Part shown: positions 48,989 through 59,700 of the stretch, piece after piece
Position numbering within the stretch: position 1 is the stretch's first letter
Layout of the letters: each line of letters starts with the position of its first letter
Origin: Eutreptiella sp. 'Long Island Sound 2002'
Lineage: Eukaryota > Protista > Euglenida
Reading direction: 5' to 3'
Assembly (NCBI GenBank): GCA_964036045.1
Contig: OZ038379.1
Coordinates: 20,088,001-20,152,000 of the forward strand
Length of the DNA stretch: 64,000 bases
Program-made: the position numbers and the translations under genes
Notes under the pieces: generated by a model
Told to the model about the DNA's origin: nothing
Seen by the model: the letters and a program-made list of their open reading frames with translations, nothing else
Databases searched by the model: none

Positions 48989-49936
48989 ATGATCAATGCA
49001 GAGAGGCCCATTGACACCGGGGCTTGGGCTCAGCTCCGCCAACGCATCCAGCGACAGGACTGGCAATCTTGGGTGGCGGGCGCTGTGGCGGGGACCAGCA
49101 TGGCCGTGACGGGCCACCCCTTCGACACCCTGAAGACCCGGATGCAGGTCGACGGGGCCCACCGCGGCGTCCTCGCATGCGCCCGGGCCACGGTGCAGCA
49201 CGAGGGCGTCCTCGCGCTCTGGAAGGGGCTGTCGCCCGCGCTCCTGACGTGCGTCACGACATCGTCCATCCGCCTGGGGGTCCAGTCCTGGGCCAATGCG
49301 GCCATCGCGCGGCGGCTGCAGTCGAGGGACTTCGAGAGCCTGGGGCTGGCGACGCGCGTGGGGACGGAGGCGGCCGGGGGGGCCGTGGCGGGGCTGGTGC
49401 TGCCCACCATCTTCACGCCGCTCGAGATGGTCAAGTGCCGGAGGCAGACGAGCACGCGCGCCGGGGCCCGCGGGCCCGGGCTGGTGCGCGTCATGGCCGA
49501 CGTGCTGCGGGCGGAGGGCCTCCGGGGCGTGTACGTCGGCCATTCCATGACCGTCCTGCGGGCCACGTCCGGCAACGCGGCGCTGTTCGGGCCGTACGTC
49601 CTCGCGAAGGACGCGCTCGCCCGCGTGGCGGGGGAGGGCTCGCCCGCCGTCCGCCCGGCCGCGGGCATCATCGCGGGGTGGTGCTCGTGCCTCGTCTGCT
49701 TCCCGGTCGATGCGGTCAAGACGCGGATGCAGGTCGCGGGCGCGCCCGGCGGCTCTGGGCACGCGGGGCTGGTCGACCTGCGGGGCATGTGGCCGCACCA
49801 GGCGCTGAGGCAGCTCTGGCGCGAGGGCGGCATGTACCATGGCGTAGGGCCCGCGATGATGCGGGCCGTGCCCGTGCACATCCTCTACATGCCCGTCTAT
49901 GATTTTGTGGCCGCGAGGCTGCGCATGTGGACGTGA
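48989..49936 (+). CDS. Mitochondrial carrier (SLC25), carnitine/acylcarnitine or basic amino acid carrier-like
   Basis: Three carrier signatures: PFDTLKTRMQ, PLEMVKCRRQ and PVDAVKTRMQ, plus the motif GVLALWKGLSPALL. Uninterrupted, very GC3-rich ORF. Substrate assignment is inference. Confidence 0.92.
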   Translation: MINAERPIDTGAWAQLRQRIQRQDWQSWVAGAVAGTSMAVTGHPFDTLKTRMQVDGAHRGVLACARATVQHEGVLALWKGLSPALLTCVTTSSIRLGVQSWANAAIARRLQSRDFESLGLATRVGTEAAGGAVAGLVLPTIFTPLEMVKCRRQTSTRAGARGPGLVRVMADVLRAEGLRGVYVGHSMTVLRATSGNAALFGPYVLAKDALARVAGEGSPAVRPAAGIIAGWCSCLVCFPVDAVKTRMQVAGAPGGSGHAGLVDLRGMWPHQALRQLWREGGMYHGVGPAMMRAVPVHILYMPVYDFVAARLRMWT

Positions 49937-52384
49937 ACGAGGGCAGGGCAGCCAGTGCGATTTGCAGCGCACATCAATACCCAGAACCACGAAGGGGGGC
50001 CGGGACAACCACCAGCACCAAGCCCCAACCCCCAATCGGGCCCAACGTCCAGCCACACTAACAGCTACACACACAGCACCGTTCCACTCAACCCGATCCA
50101 GTTGCCCTGAGGGCAGGTGGCGTGAGGTAAGGTAAGGCAGGGAACGTATGCCACGTCGGAACATTGAAGGAGGCATCCCTTGGGTGTTGCCCAGGCCGTG
50201 TGCCTGGCACAGCTATCGTGATTGGTGGTGGTGGTGGTGGTGGTGGTGGTGCCATCATGAAGGATTGGAATGCCATCCACTGGGAGGGGCTCTGCGTGTG
50301 CCTCAGCCCCTGTGTGCCCTGCCGAATCAAGAAAGAAGGGCCAGCTCCTCCTGCACCCCTGCACCCCGTCCCCTGTCCAGTGCACAGCAAGTGAACAAGC
50401 TGCCACATGGGCTTGGACCGCGACGGTGATCCGTGTCCTCTCACGGGGGGCGCTGGAGGCTCGGTCCCAACAGCCCCCCCCAGCCCCACCCCAGCCCCAT
50501 TCACCTCTGCAGACAGCTGATGTGACTGTCCAAAGAGGTGGGGCTTAATTGTTAGTATTGCCATACTTGACAGGCGGCGAGGGGGTGGGGGAGCGGCTGC
50601 CAAGACGGACAGGAGGGGCAGGGCTGGGACCCGGTCAACGTGGCGGTGGCGTCGTCAGTGGTGCCGTGGGTGCTGCCGTCGTTTGCCACCTGCGGACCGG
50701 AGACCGGGGGACACTGCTCTGGGCGTTGCGTTGAGGTCACTCCAAAAAAGTGTTGTTCGGCGCCTTCGGGCCAGATTTCATAGCGATTCAGCCTCCAGCC
50801 CCCGCCCCCACTTGTCGGGCTCTGTTAACCCCCGCCCCCCCCCCCGCTCCCGCCGACCTCTGTGAACCCCTTTTTTGGCCCCCATCCCCCCCCCCCCCAG
50901 GACCCAGGAGACAGGACCCTTCGTGAGGGTGCGGAGGGTCCGCACGGTGTCCGGGCACCGCTCCCCCGCTAAGAGCCCCGCTTTTTCTATTCATTTGAGG
51001 TTGCGCCGTGTGTGTTTGTATGTATGTCGAGGTGCGCCTCGTCTGGGGAAGAGATCGTTTGTCTTTGCAGTTCTGAGGTCCAACCGGGTCCGCTTTGGAG
51101 AACCAAGATGCACGCGGTTCCGGCTTTGAAGTGCATGTCCGCATTTGTTTGCAAAGCTGCACATGTTGTTCGCCATCCCTTTCACTCAATGTCTCTCCAT
51201 TTAATGTTACGCCTTGCCCCCACCCCAACCTGTGTGGGCCCAATGGGGTCAGCTGTGGTGCACGCGGACCAGGGGGGCGATTGCTGTACGCCTCAACCTC
51301 GAGAGCCCAGCGAACAGAGTTCGGCAGGTTCCCGGGTACAGGGCAGCAGGGCACAGGGGAACGAGCAGCGGCGTGCGTTGGTGGCACTGGAGGCCGCGGA
51401 CCCTGAGCAGCAACAGACAGGGTGGTCATGCAGACGCTGCACCCTGACCATTGAGCCGCCCCCATCCCCCCGGCAACCCACAGTCCTAGTCCACCTGCGC
51501 CGGATAGCATGGCCATCATCGTGGCCGTGTAGCAGTGTTGTGCAGTGTGATGTTCCGGGGGATCCGGAGGATTCGGGTGATTGCTCAGATTTCAAAGAGT
51601 ATGCCATCGTTTTTCGACAACACATTGCCCGCATCGCCTGAAACAAGGCTGCCCACCGACAAGACTGAGGCCCACTCCGGTCGTGCCAGGGTGAAGGCGC
51701 CAGGGCGCACAGGCCCTAGCACAGGCTGGCGTGAGACACAAGACACCGGGAGGAGACCCGGGCAGGTCGTTTCCAGTGTAGAGTCTTTTTGTCTCAAGAG
51801 CACCCTGGGAAGCCCACGGGCGTGGCACTATCCCGCTGCATTATCCGCCATCAGAGTCAGTCCGTACTCACTGCATTTCAGATCCGCTACCACAGTCATT
51901 TGTGTGATCATCGTAGAACTGTTCTGTAGGACAGTTCTGGCTGTCTCGAGTGCCATACTGTGAGAGGGCTACGCCCGCTCATCTTGGTCTACCCCCCCAA
52001 AAGGAAACCACAAGGAGCAGACCCGGGCAGGCCATGGGCAGATGGTGTCGTGTCGGAGAACATCTGTTGGATGGCTTGGCGAGGGCTGTTGGCTGCGAAT
52101 GGCCGGCGTTTTCAGTTTGCCGACAGCGATTGGCCGTGTTCTGGTGTCCTGTCAGGGAGTGTAAACCGCTCGGCCTCTGTTTATCGAGGGCCTGAAACCC
52201 CCATCAGGGGCGCACCCCCCGAACCGCAGGCTCGGGGTTGTATTGCCTGTTCAAGTGACCAACATCAGGGCGCTTTGTGAGCAGGTGGGGGCGTGTGGCA
52301 CGCCGCTGATGCGCGCGGTGCAGGGGCACAGTTGATGGTGCATAGGACACTGCTGGTGTGCGGGGGTCCTAGAACGATTGCCCC

Positions 52385-52450
52385 GGAAGCACAGCAATTC
52401 GAACCCAGGGCAGCAGCACAGGTAGCCAGCCCGCTCAGTATTCTATGCCT
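52385..52450 (-). mobile_element. tRNA-derived SINE-like head (relative of 4200-4330)
   Basis: The minus strand reads GGCATAGAATACTGAGCGGGCTGGCTACC...GGGTTCGAATT, with A-box-like and B-box-like motifs. Confidence 0.45.
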
Positions 52451-52799
52451 GTTATATTATTTCTTCCCCTGAATCATGCACAACCCTGCACTTTGCCCAA
52501 CAATGCGGACCGCATTGAACTACGGCCTTTGGGGGTTCAGGCAGACCCATGCTGGGGCCGGGCAAGGTGCATTGGTCGTCACCACCAGCACAAAACATCC
52601 TGCTCAACGACTGCCTCAGGCTGACATCAGAACGGCCGACAACCATTGGGAGGAGGGTTCCCCCCTCCCCTTGGACCCTTGGAGCAGCATACGGTAGCTA
52701 TGGATCCGGCGCTTCATCCCCTCCCCTTGGACCCCCCCCCCCCACAGGCCAAACTGACCATAAGGATAAGGACTGACCATAAGGACCAAACTTTTGGGT

Positions 52800-53460
52800 G
52801 CCAGACCACCTCCCCCCCCCGTCCTCTCTCCAGTCAGATGGGCCTGGACAAGGGGCCCCCACTACCAGGCATCAGCGGCCCCTGGGGAAGGTGCTATCTG
52901 GATGCGGCAGCCCTGTCACTGCCATACCAAGTGGAAGAAGTAGGGGTGGCCAGCCACGGTTGCCTGGAAAACCTGCTTCAGGACAGTAGGGTGGGGTTCA
53001 CATGTGGGTTCTGTTCCGGGTAACCTTGAGTAGGAGTGGCCAGGTGCCCAGCGTCTCAGCCCCCTGACCGGCAACCATGCATGTGCTGGACGGTCCATTG
53101 GGATTGTCCATGGTTTACACTGTCACGGTCTTGTGGACCTGTAGGGTTCATCCTCCTGAGTGTCCCGAGTGGCCTGGAGCCCATGGATGCTTGCCAGAGA
53201 AGAATGTCGCCAGTGGCCCACCCTGTCACGTTGGTCCTCCGAGAGGGTAGCAAGGGACCCTTCTCAGGGGGGAGGGGGGCTTGTGACCCTTAGCCTTTGC
53301 TTGGGAGGGCTTGGACCAGCCAGTTTCCAAGCCTCAGCGTGTGAGGATTGCAGACCACCTTGCCATCACTCTGTGTGCAAGGCATCCACCCTGGGGTCAC
53401 TCAACATGGACCCGACCCGTCCAGTGGCAGCCACCGTGAAGCTGCATGGCTTGTAAGTAT
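52800..53460 (+). repeat. Dispersed repeat, homolog of 3240-3900 (opposite orientation)
   Basis: Shared sequence blocks as listed for 3240-3900. Confidence 0.8.
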
Positions 53461-53689
53461 GTGTGTCTCCTGTAGTAACCATTTTACCAAGCCGTCCGTG
53501 TTGGCAGTGGCGGTCCTGATGGCCTCATGAGTCCGGAGAGGCACCTGGCACCCATGGCCCTTGGGAGGGCATCTTTTTGGGCCACTTTTGATACGGAGCC
53601 CCAATCCACGCTTTTTGCATGGCCCCTTTCTGCTTGGGGATATGGACCGGCCCCTTTCCGGTTGGGGATATGGACTGGCCCCTTTCTGG

Positions 53690-54180
53690 TTGCCCGTGTT
53701 CGGGAACATCTTAACAATGTTGTACAGGTTGAATCTTTTCAACCGTTGTTTGTATTTTCCGTTTTTTATGACACATTTCTCAGACTCCATGCCCATCAGT
53801 TCCATTCGGTTCAGTTCCATTCGGTTCCATTCGGTTGGGCAACTTTGTATGGATTTGCCCCTTGAAATCGGGGACAAGTGATTTGGGATGGGTATGGATT
53901 GTCTCGTACCCACGGTGATTTGTTTGATTTTGAGGTTGGAAGCCATGACGGCACTTATAAAGGCCGGATTCATGTCACTGTGCCATGGGAAGAAAGAAAG
54001 GAATTTTGACGGCCTAGCAACAGTCGTACAACGATGTGCATGGGTGGTATAGGGCACGCATTGAGCCTTTGTTTGGACAGTTATGGCATTGGGGTTTGGT
54101 TACGAACATCTGGCGTGGTGGCTCTAATGGGTTACACTTGTCTGTGCATGTTTTGTTGCATTTAACACAACTTTGCATTC
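53690..54180 (+). pseudogene. Internally deleted copy of the 54520-55374 transposase
   Basis: Nucleotide similarity to the main copy, e.g. ACAGGTTGAATC.TTTCAACC, GATTTGGGATGGGTATGGA and GGGTGGTATAGGGCACGCATTGAGC. Confidence 0.75.
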
Positions 54181-54519
54181 ACAGGCAGGGCCGTCACCCT
54201 CCTTAGGGGGAGCGGGCGTGCGCCGGGCATCTTTTTTGACCCATGCCCCACCGGTGGCCTTTTAGGGGATGCACTAAGGGGGCGCACTTAGCGCAGTGCA
54301 GCTATTTGGGTGTGTGGCTATACTAGAGACCCATACTTTGAGATACTAGGGGCATCATTGTGACCCCTAGCGTAGGTTTTGACTTCTGATTTTGTCCCCT
54401 TTGTTGGGGACCCCTGAGAATGCAGGGGTGACGTAGCATTTCCGCCCTCTGCTATCAAGGAAACCAGGACAATCTTTGAATCCACACTTTGTTGCGTGGC
54501 CCCTTGAGTTGGCAGTGCT

Positions 54520-55374
54520 TTCATGTCTCGCACGGAAGGGTGTTCGGAGGTTGCTTGGCGGCAGAGTGTTGCCCGTGTTCGTGAATACCTAAACCATGTT
54601 GTTCAAGAGATTTGATGGACCGACAGGTTGAATCCTTTCAACCATTGTCCCCATTTTCCATTCTTTATGACGCATTTCACAGACTCCATCCCCATCGGTT
54701 CCATTGGCGGGATATGGAGTGCCAACCTGTAGAATCCTAAGTATTCGTCGCATGTTTACAAGGTGACTTTTGTAGTTGATATGTTGGGCAACAGTATATG
54801 GATTTGCCCCTTGGCCCCCGGGGCATCAGCAGATGTTTTGATTTGGGATGGGTATGGACCTTCTCGAATCTGAGGTGATTTCTTTGATTTCGAAGTTGGG
54901 GGCCATGATGGTGCTTATACAGGCCGGATTCATGTCATCGTGCCATTCATTGGAAGAGAGAATGGCACTTTGACAGCCCGCCAACAATGTTACGATCACG
55001 TGCACGGGTGGTATAGGGCACGCATTGAGCAACTGTTCGCTCGGTTGTGGCATTGGGGTTTGGTTAGGAACATCTGGCTTGGCGGCCCCAATGAGTTGCA
55101 CCAGTCAGTCCGTATTTTGTTGCATTTTACACAGTTTTGCATCCGGAGGCAAGTCCCACACACCCCCTTCGGACCATGGGAGCATGTCCCGCCTCAGGTT
55201 TGGACTGACCAAAGCAACTCGGCCGCCACGCAAGATGAGGCAGAGGATGAGGCAGAAGTGTGTGTGTTGTGTTGCCAGAAGCGCTTCACCGTCGCAGTTT
55301 GCTATGAGTGTAAGGAGCACTATTGTACTGAATGTATTGACACCCACACTTGTGGGACCAATGTTGTTTGTTAA
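54520..55374 (+). pseudogene. PIF/Harbinger-ISL2EU-like DDE transposase with C-terminal B-box-like zinc finger
   Basis: Single frame with stops at 54613, 54730 and 54871. Triad motifs TDSIPI, HDGAY and YRARIEQLF; also NPKYSSHVYKVTFVVD and PGASAD. The C-terminus is CVLCCQKRFTVAVCYECKEHYCTECIDTHTC. Confidence 0.75.
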
Positions 55375-55456
55375 GTACAATACAAATGACATTTGGAGTT
55401 GTTGAATTCACAGCTCTTGCTTTATTATGCAACGTGCTTTGTAGGGAAGGTGTGCA

Positions 55457-55732
55457 GTGCAACGTGGTCTACTTGGGGGGCTCGGGATAGTTCTTAGAAA
55501 TGTAGCGCGCCGGGCAAACATTCCCCCTTATGGACCATGGGACCATGTCCCACCTCATGTTTGGACTGATAAAAGCAACTCAGCCACGCAAGATGAGGGA
55601 GAGGATGAGAAAGATGCGTGTGCCTTGTGTTGTCAGAAGTGTTCCACCACCACAGCTTGTGTTGAGTGCCAGGAGAATTATTGTGGTGAATGTATTGATG
55701 CCCAAACTTTTGGAAAACATATTGTTTATTAG
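55457..55732 (+). pseudogene. Third copy of the transposase C-terminus
   Basis: PPYGPWDHVPPHVWTDKSNSATQDEGEDEKDACALCCQKCSTTTACVECQENYCGECID matches the tail of 54520-55374. Confidence 0.8.
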
Positions 55733-56829
55733 CCAATGCATGAGTAATACACAGTGAGGTTGAAATTCTCCATTTTCATGTTATGCAGCGTGCTTTGTAG
55801 GCAAGGTTTGCGCTCCACTCTGGCTGACTTCTCTAGAGGAGGGTAAATCCAGGATTAAAGTCAGGTTAGTTGATACAAAAGTAGCGTGCCGGGCAACCCC
55901 CCCCCCCTTGCGGCGCAGTGGGGTGCAAGGATGCAAGGAGAAGCAGTTTACACACCCATACCCATACCCATACCTCCTGCTCTCTTCTAGTGTTAGCCTG
56001 GACTCCCCCTTGCGCAACGACCACGTCGTGCTGAAACAGCACTTCTTCTGACACTACTTCTAAACCACAGTCTTATCCAAAGACCACTCCGTGGTGAACC
56101 AGCGCCTTTTAACCTGTAAACACTGCCCTGCAACCACCCTGTGGTCAGATAGTGAAGCATTGCGGGCGCAAGGGCTAGGGCGGGGGGGGGGGGGGGGAAG
56201 CCCCAGCCCCTTGTCTTTCGGGCTTGATGACACAGCTTACATACTCAGAGCAAGGCATTCTTCCGGTTGCTACCCACTAGATCAATTAACCCCTGCAGCA
56301 GCAACCCCAAAAGAAAGTTTTGAGTTCCCTTCCATTCCGGAGCCAATGCTCCTATAGGTGCATTCAGCGAACCATGGGTCTGTGCACAATTTAGCACTGT
56401 CAGTGAGGTTGCAGCAGACAGATCTCCGGTGTTCATTTACTGGGATGTTGGATCTGTACATAGCGACCCTTTGTCTTCTGCTGTGCTGTAGCATTTTGTG
56501 GTGCAGTCGGTATTATTTGTTCCCCTCTCAGAGTGGAGGATTCTTGGTACTCTTCTTAGTCCCTCCCTCTTGTTTCTGTGCCCCATTGTCTTTGCCGTTT
56601 CAGTATTTCATAACTATGTCAGTGCAAAACACATGGCAACAGAGCCAGATGCAGACAGGTAATGAGATAGCGGCTCAACAAGTGGAAACCCCGCAGGCTT
56701 CCTTTACCTGTTGAGGAACTGGTCAACTTGATAACCCCCCCCAACAACAAAAGGGGGTAGCACATGTGCATGCAGTGCCCACACAGTGCACACACATTCC
56801 TAGGCTTGCCTGAAATGACCCACAGCAGT

Positions 56830-57025
56830 GCTACACTTTTATGGCCCATGGTGCCAATAGTTCCAAGCAGCAGCCATGGAGGATGTGAGGGAGTATCTGC
56901 TGCCTTGTGGCACACCATTTACACTTGTGCATATCCTTTTTGTGGCTCAGCACAGCTTGATTTTTGCACTGAACGGCGCCTGCTGATGGCTGGCCAGGCC
57001 AGGGGGAAAGGCTCTTGCGCGCCAA
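56830..57025 (-). mobile_element. Non-LTR retrotransposon CCHC knuckle fragment
   Basis: HKCKWCATRQQILPHILHGC matches CxxC-x7-H-x4-C. Confidence 0.5.
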
Positions 57026-58401
57026 TTTTTTTTTTCTGGGGGACGGGCGAGAGCCCGATCATAGTCCAATCGCGGATAGAGCACCACTCCGCAAGGTGCT
57101 GTGACTCTCTTGCCCTATCTCTAAGAGACGTGGCAACCCCGTAATAGACAACCACAGAGCCAGGGCCTCTGCTGCGCACCGGAACGTGGTTGGGTTGCGG
57201 GTGGTCTTGTGTGGTTAGGCGGCGGGTGCAGTGGTGCTCTTGGTGGTGGCTGGTGGGGCGAACCCCGTGGTCTTGTGAAGCAAGTGGGCCCATGAGTGAG
57301 AATCACTGGGTGAGCATAGGGGGGCACGTGCTTGCTGGGTGTGGGTTGGTGGTGTTCTTGGGTGATGTTGGGCACCATCGGGGTGCCCAGTGTGGCACTG
57401 TTTTGGAAAATCTTTGCCCTTTAAAGAGTGGCAATCTCTGCAGTGAGTAGGGGGTGTGTACATTATCGCAGGGTGGGGGTAGGGACATGAATAATGTGAA
57501 AATGTGGAGGCAACGACTTGCTGGACTTTTCTTAGTGAAAACCCAGAAGCCAGTGTCTCATTTGCAAAGATTTGCGAAACTGAAGTGAAAAGAAACGATT
57601 GGCTGAAACAAGAGTGAATCATAACAAGGGTATGACAGAATTTGAATAATGAGATGAGTTCGTAACAGATTGACTGTTTCTGAGGAAACAATGTGAGGTG
57701 TGGATAGTTTTGGCAGAAGAATTGGAAGAAAAAGGTGTTCGGTGGTGTTGTGGTGTGTCTATGGCGTGTGTGAACGTTTAGTGAGTTGGTGGTGCGAATC
57801 GTGTTGTATGTGAACGTCCAAGAAGGCGTGTGTTGGTAGAATGGTGGAACCTGTACGAGTGGTGCCAGGTGAGTGGGGGGTTAATAGATATTGGCCTGTG
57901 CAAAAACCTTTACAGCTTTACACCAACTGCTGTTTCACCCCTAGGGGAAAAGACAACAAACTGGCATAAGCGCTCTGCAGGCAAGGCAATAGCAGTGAGC
58001 GACAGTGGGGAGACTGTGTGTGGAGTGTGTGCTTGCACTGTCAGTGCTGAAGCAAGCAGCTCACCCGCAACATGCTCACAGAGTGTAGTGGAGCACATAC
58101 AATCGCCTTGGCGTGGGCACTCTGAGGGGCTAGTTGTTGTTGCGCACAATGGTGCAGAGCTTTGCAAAAACTGAGGGGCAAGCCTGAGCATAAGCGGTGG
58201 AGAAGCATCGCTGACATAGTGGTGGGAGTGTGAAACTGAGCCAGCGTGATGATCTCAATTTTCGCATGAATTAGAAAATTTGATGAGATCACCTACCTGT
58301 GCAGAGGGCATATATACTTTGCAGCAGTAGCCACTCTGGCACTAAATATGCTGGGCAAAAGTGGTGCGCCACTATAAGCCTAGTTATTGCACAATGCAGG
58401 A

Positions 58402-58608
58402 CTAGGCGTGTGGCGCGGCTTCCGGCGGTCTCCACTTTGGCGAGGAGCAGGCGCGGCATTCAAATCTGTCTTGGAAATTGTCGTATCCGCACTGACAAGC
58501 CCAGTTGCGTCGAACAATACTTCGTGGATCTACGCGGTCAAATTTTCTCACTCCACTGCTGAGCCCGTACACAAGGGGGAACAGAGTCAGGTGATTTGTG
58601 GTGCTCAT
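58402..58608 (-). CDS. Small ORF or exon with RanBP2-type zinc finger
   Basis: WACQCGYDNFQDRFECRACSSPK fits W-x-C-x-C-x3-N-x5-C-x2-C. Gene context is unresolved. Confidence 0.5.
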   Translation of the reverse strand: MSTTNHLTLFPLVYGLSSGVRKFDRVDPRSIVRRNWACQCGYDNFQDRFECRACSSPKWRPPEAAPHA

Positions 58609-59389
58609 AGACGCCGATGAGTGGTAGACCGTAGCGGGGGAGTTGGCAGTTCACAGCGACTAAAAATATCCGGAGGCCGTGGTGTGTCATGGAGGGGTTG
58701 GGAGGCGACAGCCACAGGAGAGCCCAACTGGGATGGGAGGAAATGGCGTAGGGGTAATATGCGGCAAGCTCGTCTAGCTTTAGGACGCCGTGCACGGTGG
58801 CAATGGCGGCCGGTCGTCGGTTTGATCGGCTGTCGGCGGTCTGCCAGCGAGTTGCGAAGGCCTCGGAATATCTTCAGCAAAAGAAGTCCAAAACAAATTA
58901 CGATAATGAAGAGTTGTAGAGCGGTGCTCTCTACGCAATGAGCTAGGAGTGGCCATTGGTGACGGCTCGCACACTGCATTGTTAGGTTGATGAAGGCGCC
59001 GGTGTACGTAGGCATCAAAATGTAGAATGTAGCCCAAAGAAGCCTGTGGGTCAGGAGAAACCGAGAAGGTTGCGTAGTTGCATTGTCGAAGGTCTCTTGA
59101 TGTAGCAACGGCTGTGGAGAGCGCGGAAAAAGATGGAGGTCGTTGAGAAGTAGAACTGTCCTGTGGGGGTCTGCTATTTCTCGACGGAGACATTTGGTAA
59201 ATTTGTCCACCGGCATGACGAGTTATTTCGTCAGCTGCTTCATTTAAGTTAACTTGGCTCCGGCTGTGAATGACGGACCCTTCAAGTGCGTCGTAATTTC
59301 ATGGCACGATTGATTGGTAGTCATTGGAGAGGAAAATTCAGATGATGCCCCCAAATTGCTCGGGGCGTAGTATCCAGAAGCCTAGGGGA

Positions 59390-59700
59390 AACCCACCCGT
59401 ATTTTTCGACATACTTTGAAGAGGCAGAGCGCACGCATCTTTTTCGGCGCAATCAAGTGCTCAATGCAGCTTGATTTTCCTAATGAGAATGATGATGATA
59501 ATGATAAGCAAAATTGCTTGAGCGCCGCAGATAAATGCTCAATGTTCGGATATGGATGTGAAGTGGACAGATTCAGTATGGCTACACAACCTATTGTCAT
59601 GCAGCTGTTTCTTTTGGGGATGGATGAAACATTTGTGCGTAGGTAAAAATGGGTGCGTATTGCGCATTGTGCACAAAGTGTGTAAAGGACCACACACAAG
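59390..59700 (-). pseudogene. Non-LTR reverse transcriptase fragment
   Basis: IPKRNSCMTIGCVAILNLST...LKQF...GKSSCIEHL resembles IPK..RPI..Q.GF..GRSC.DHL. Confidence 0.5.
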
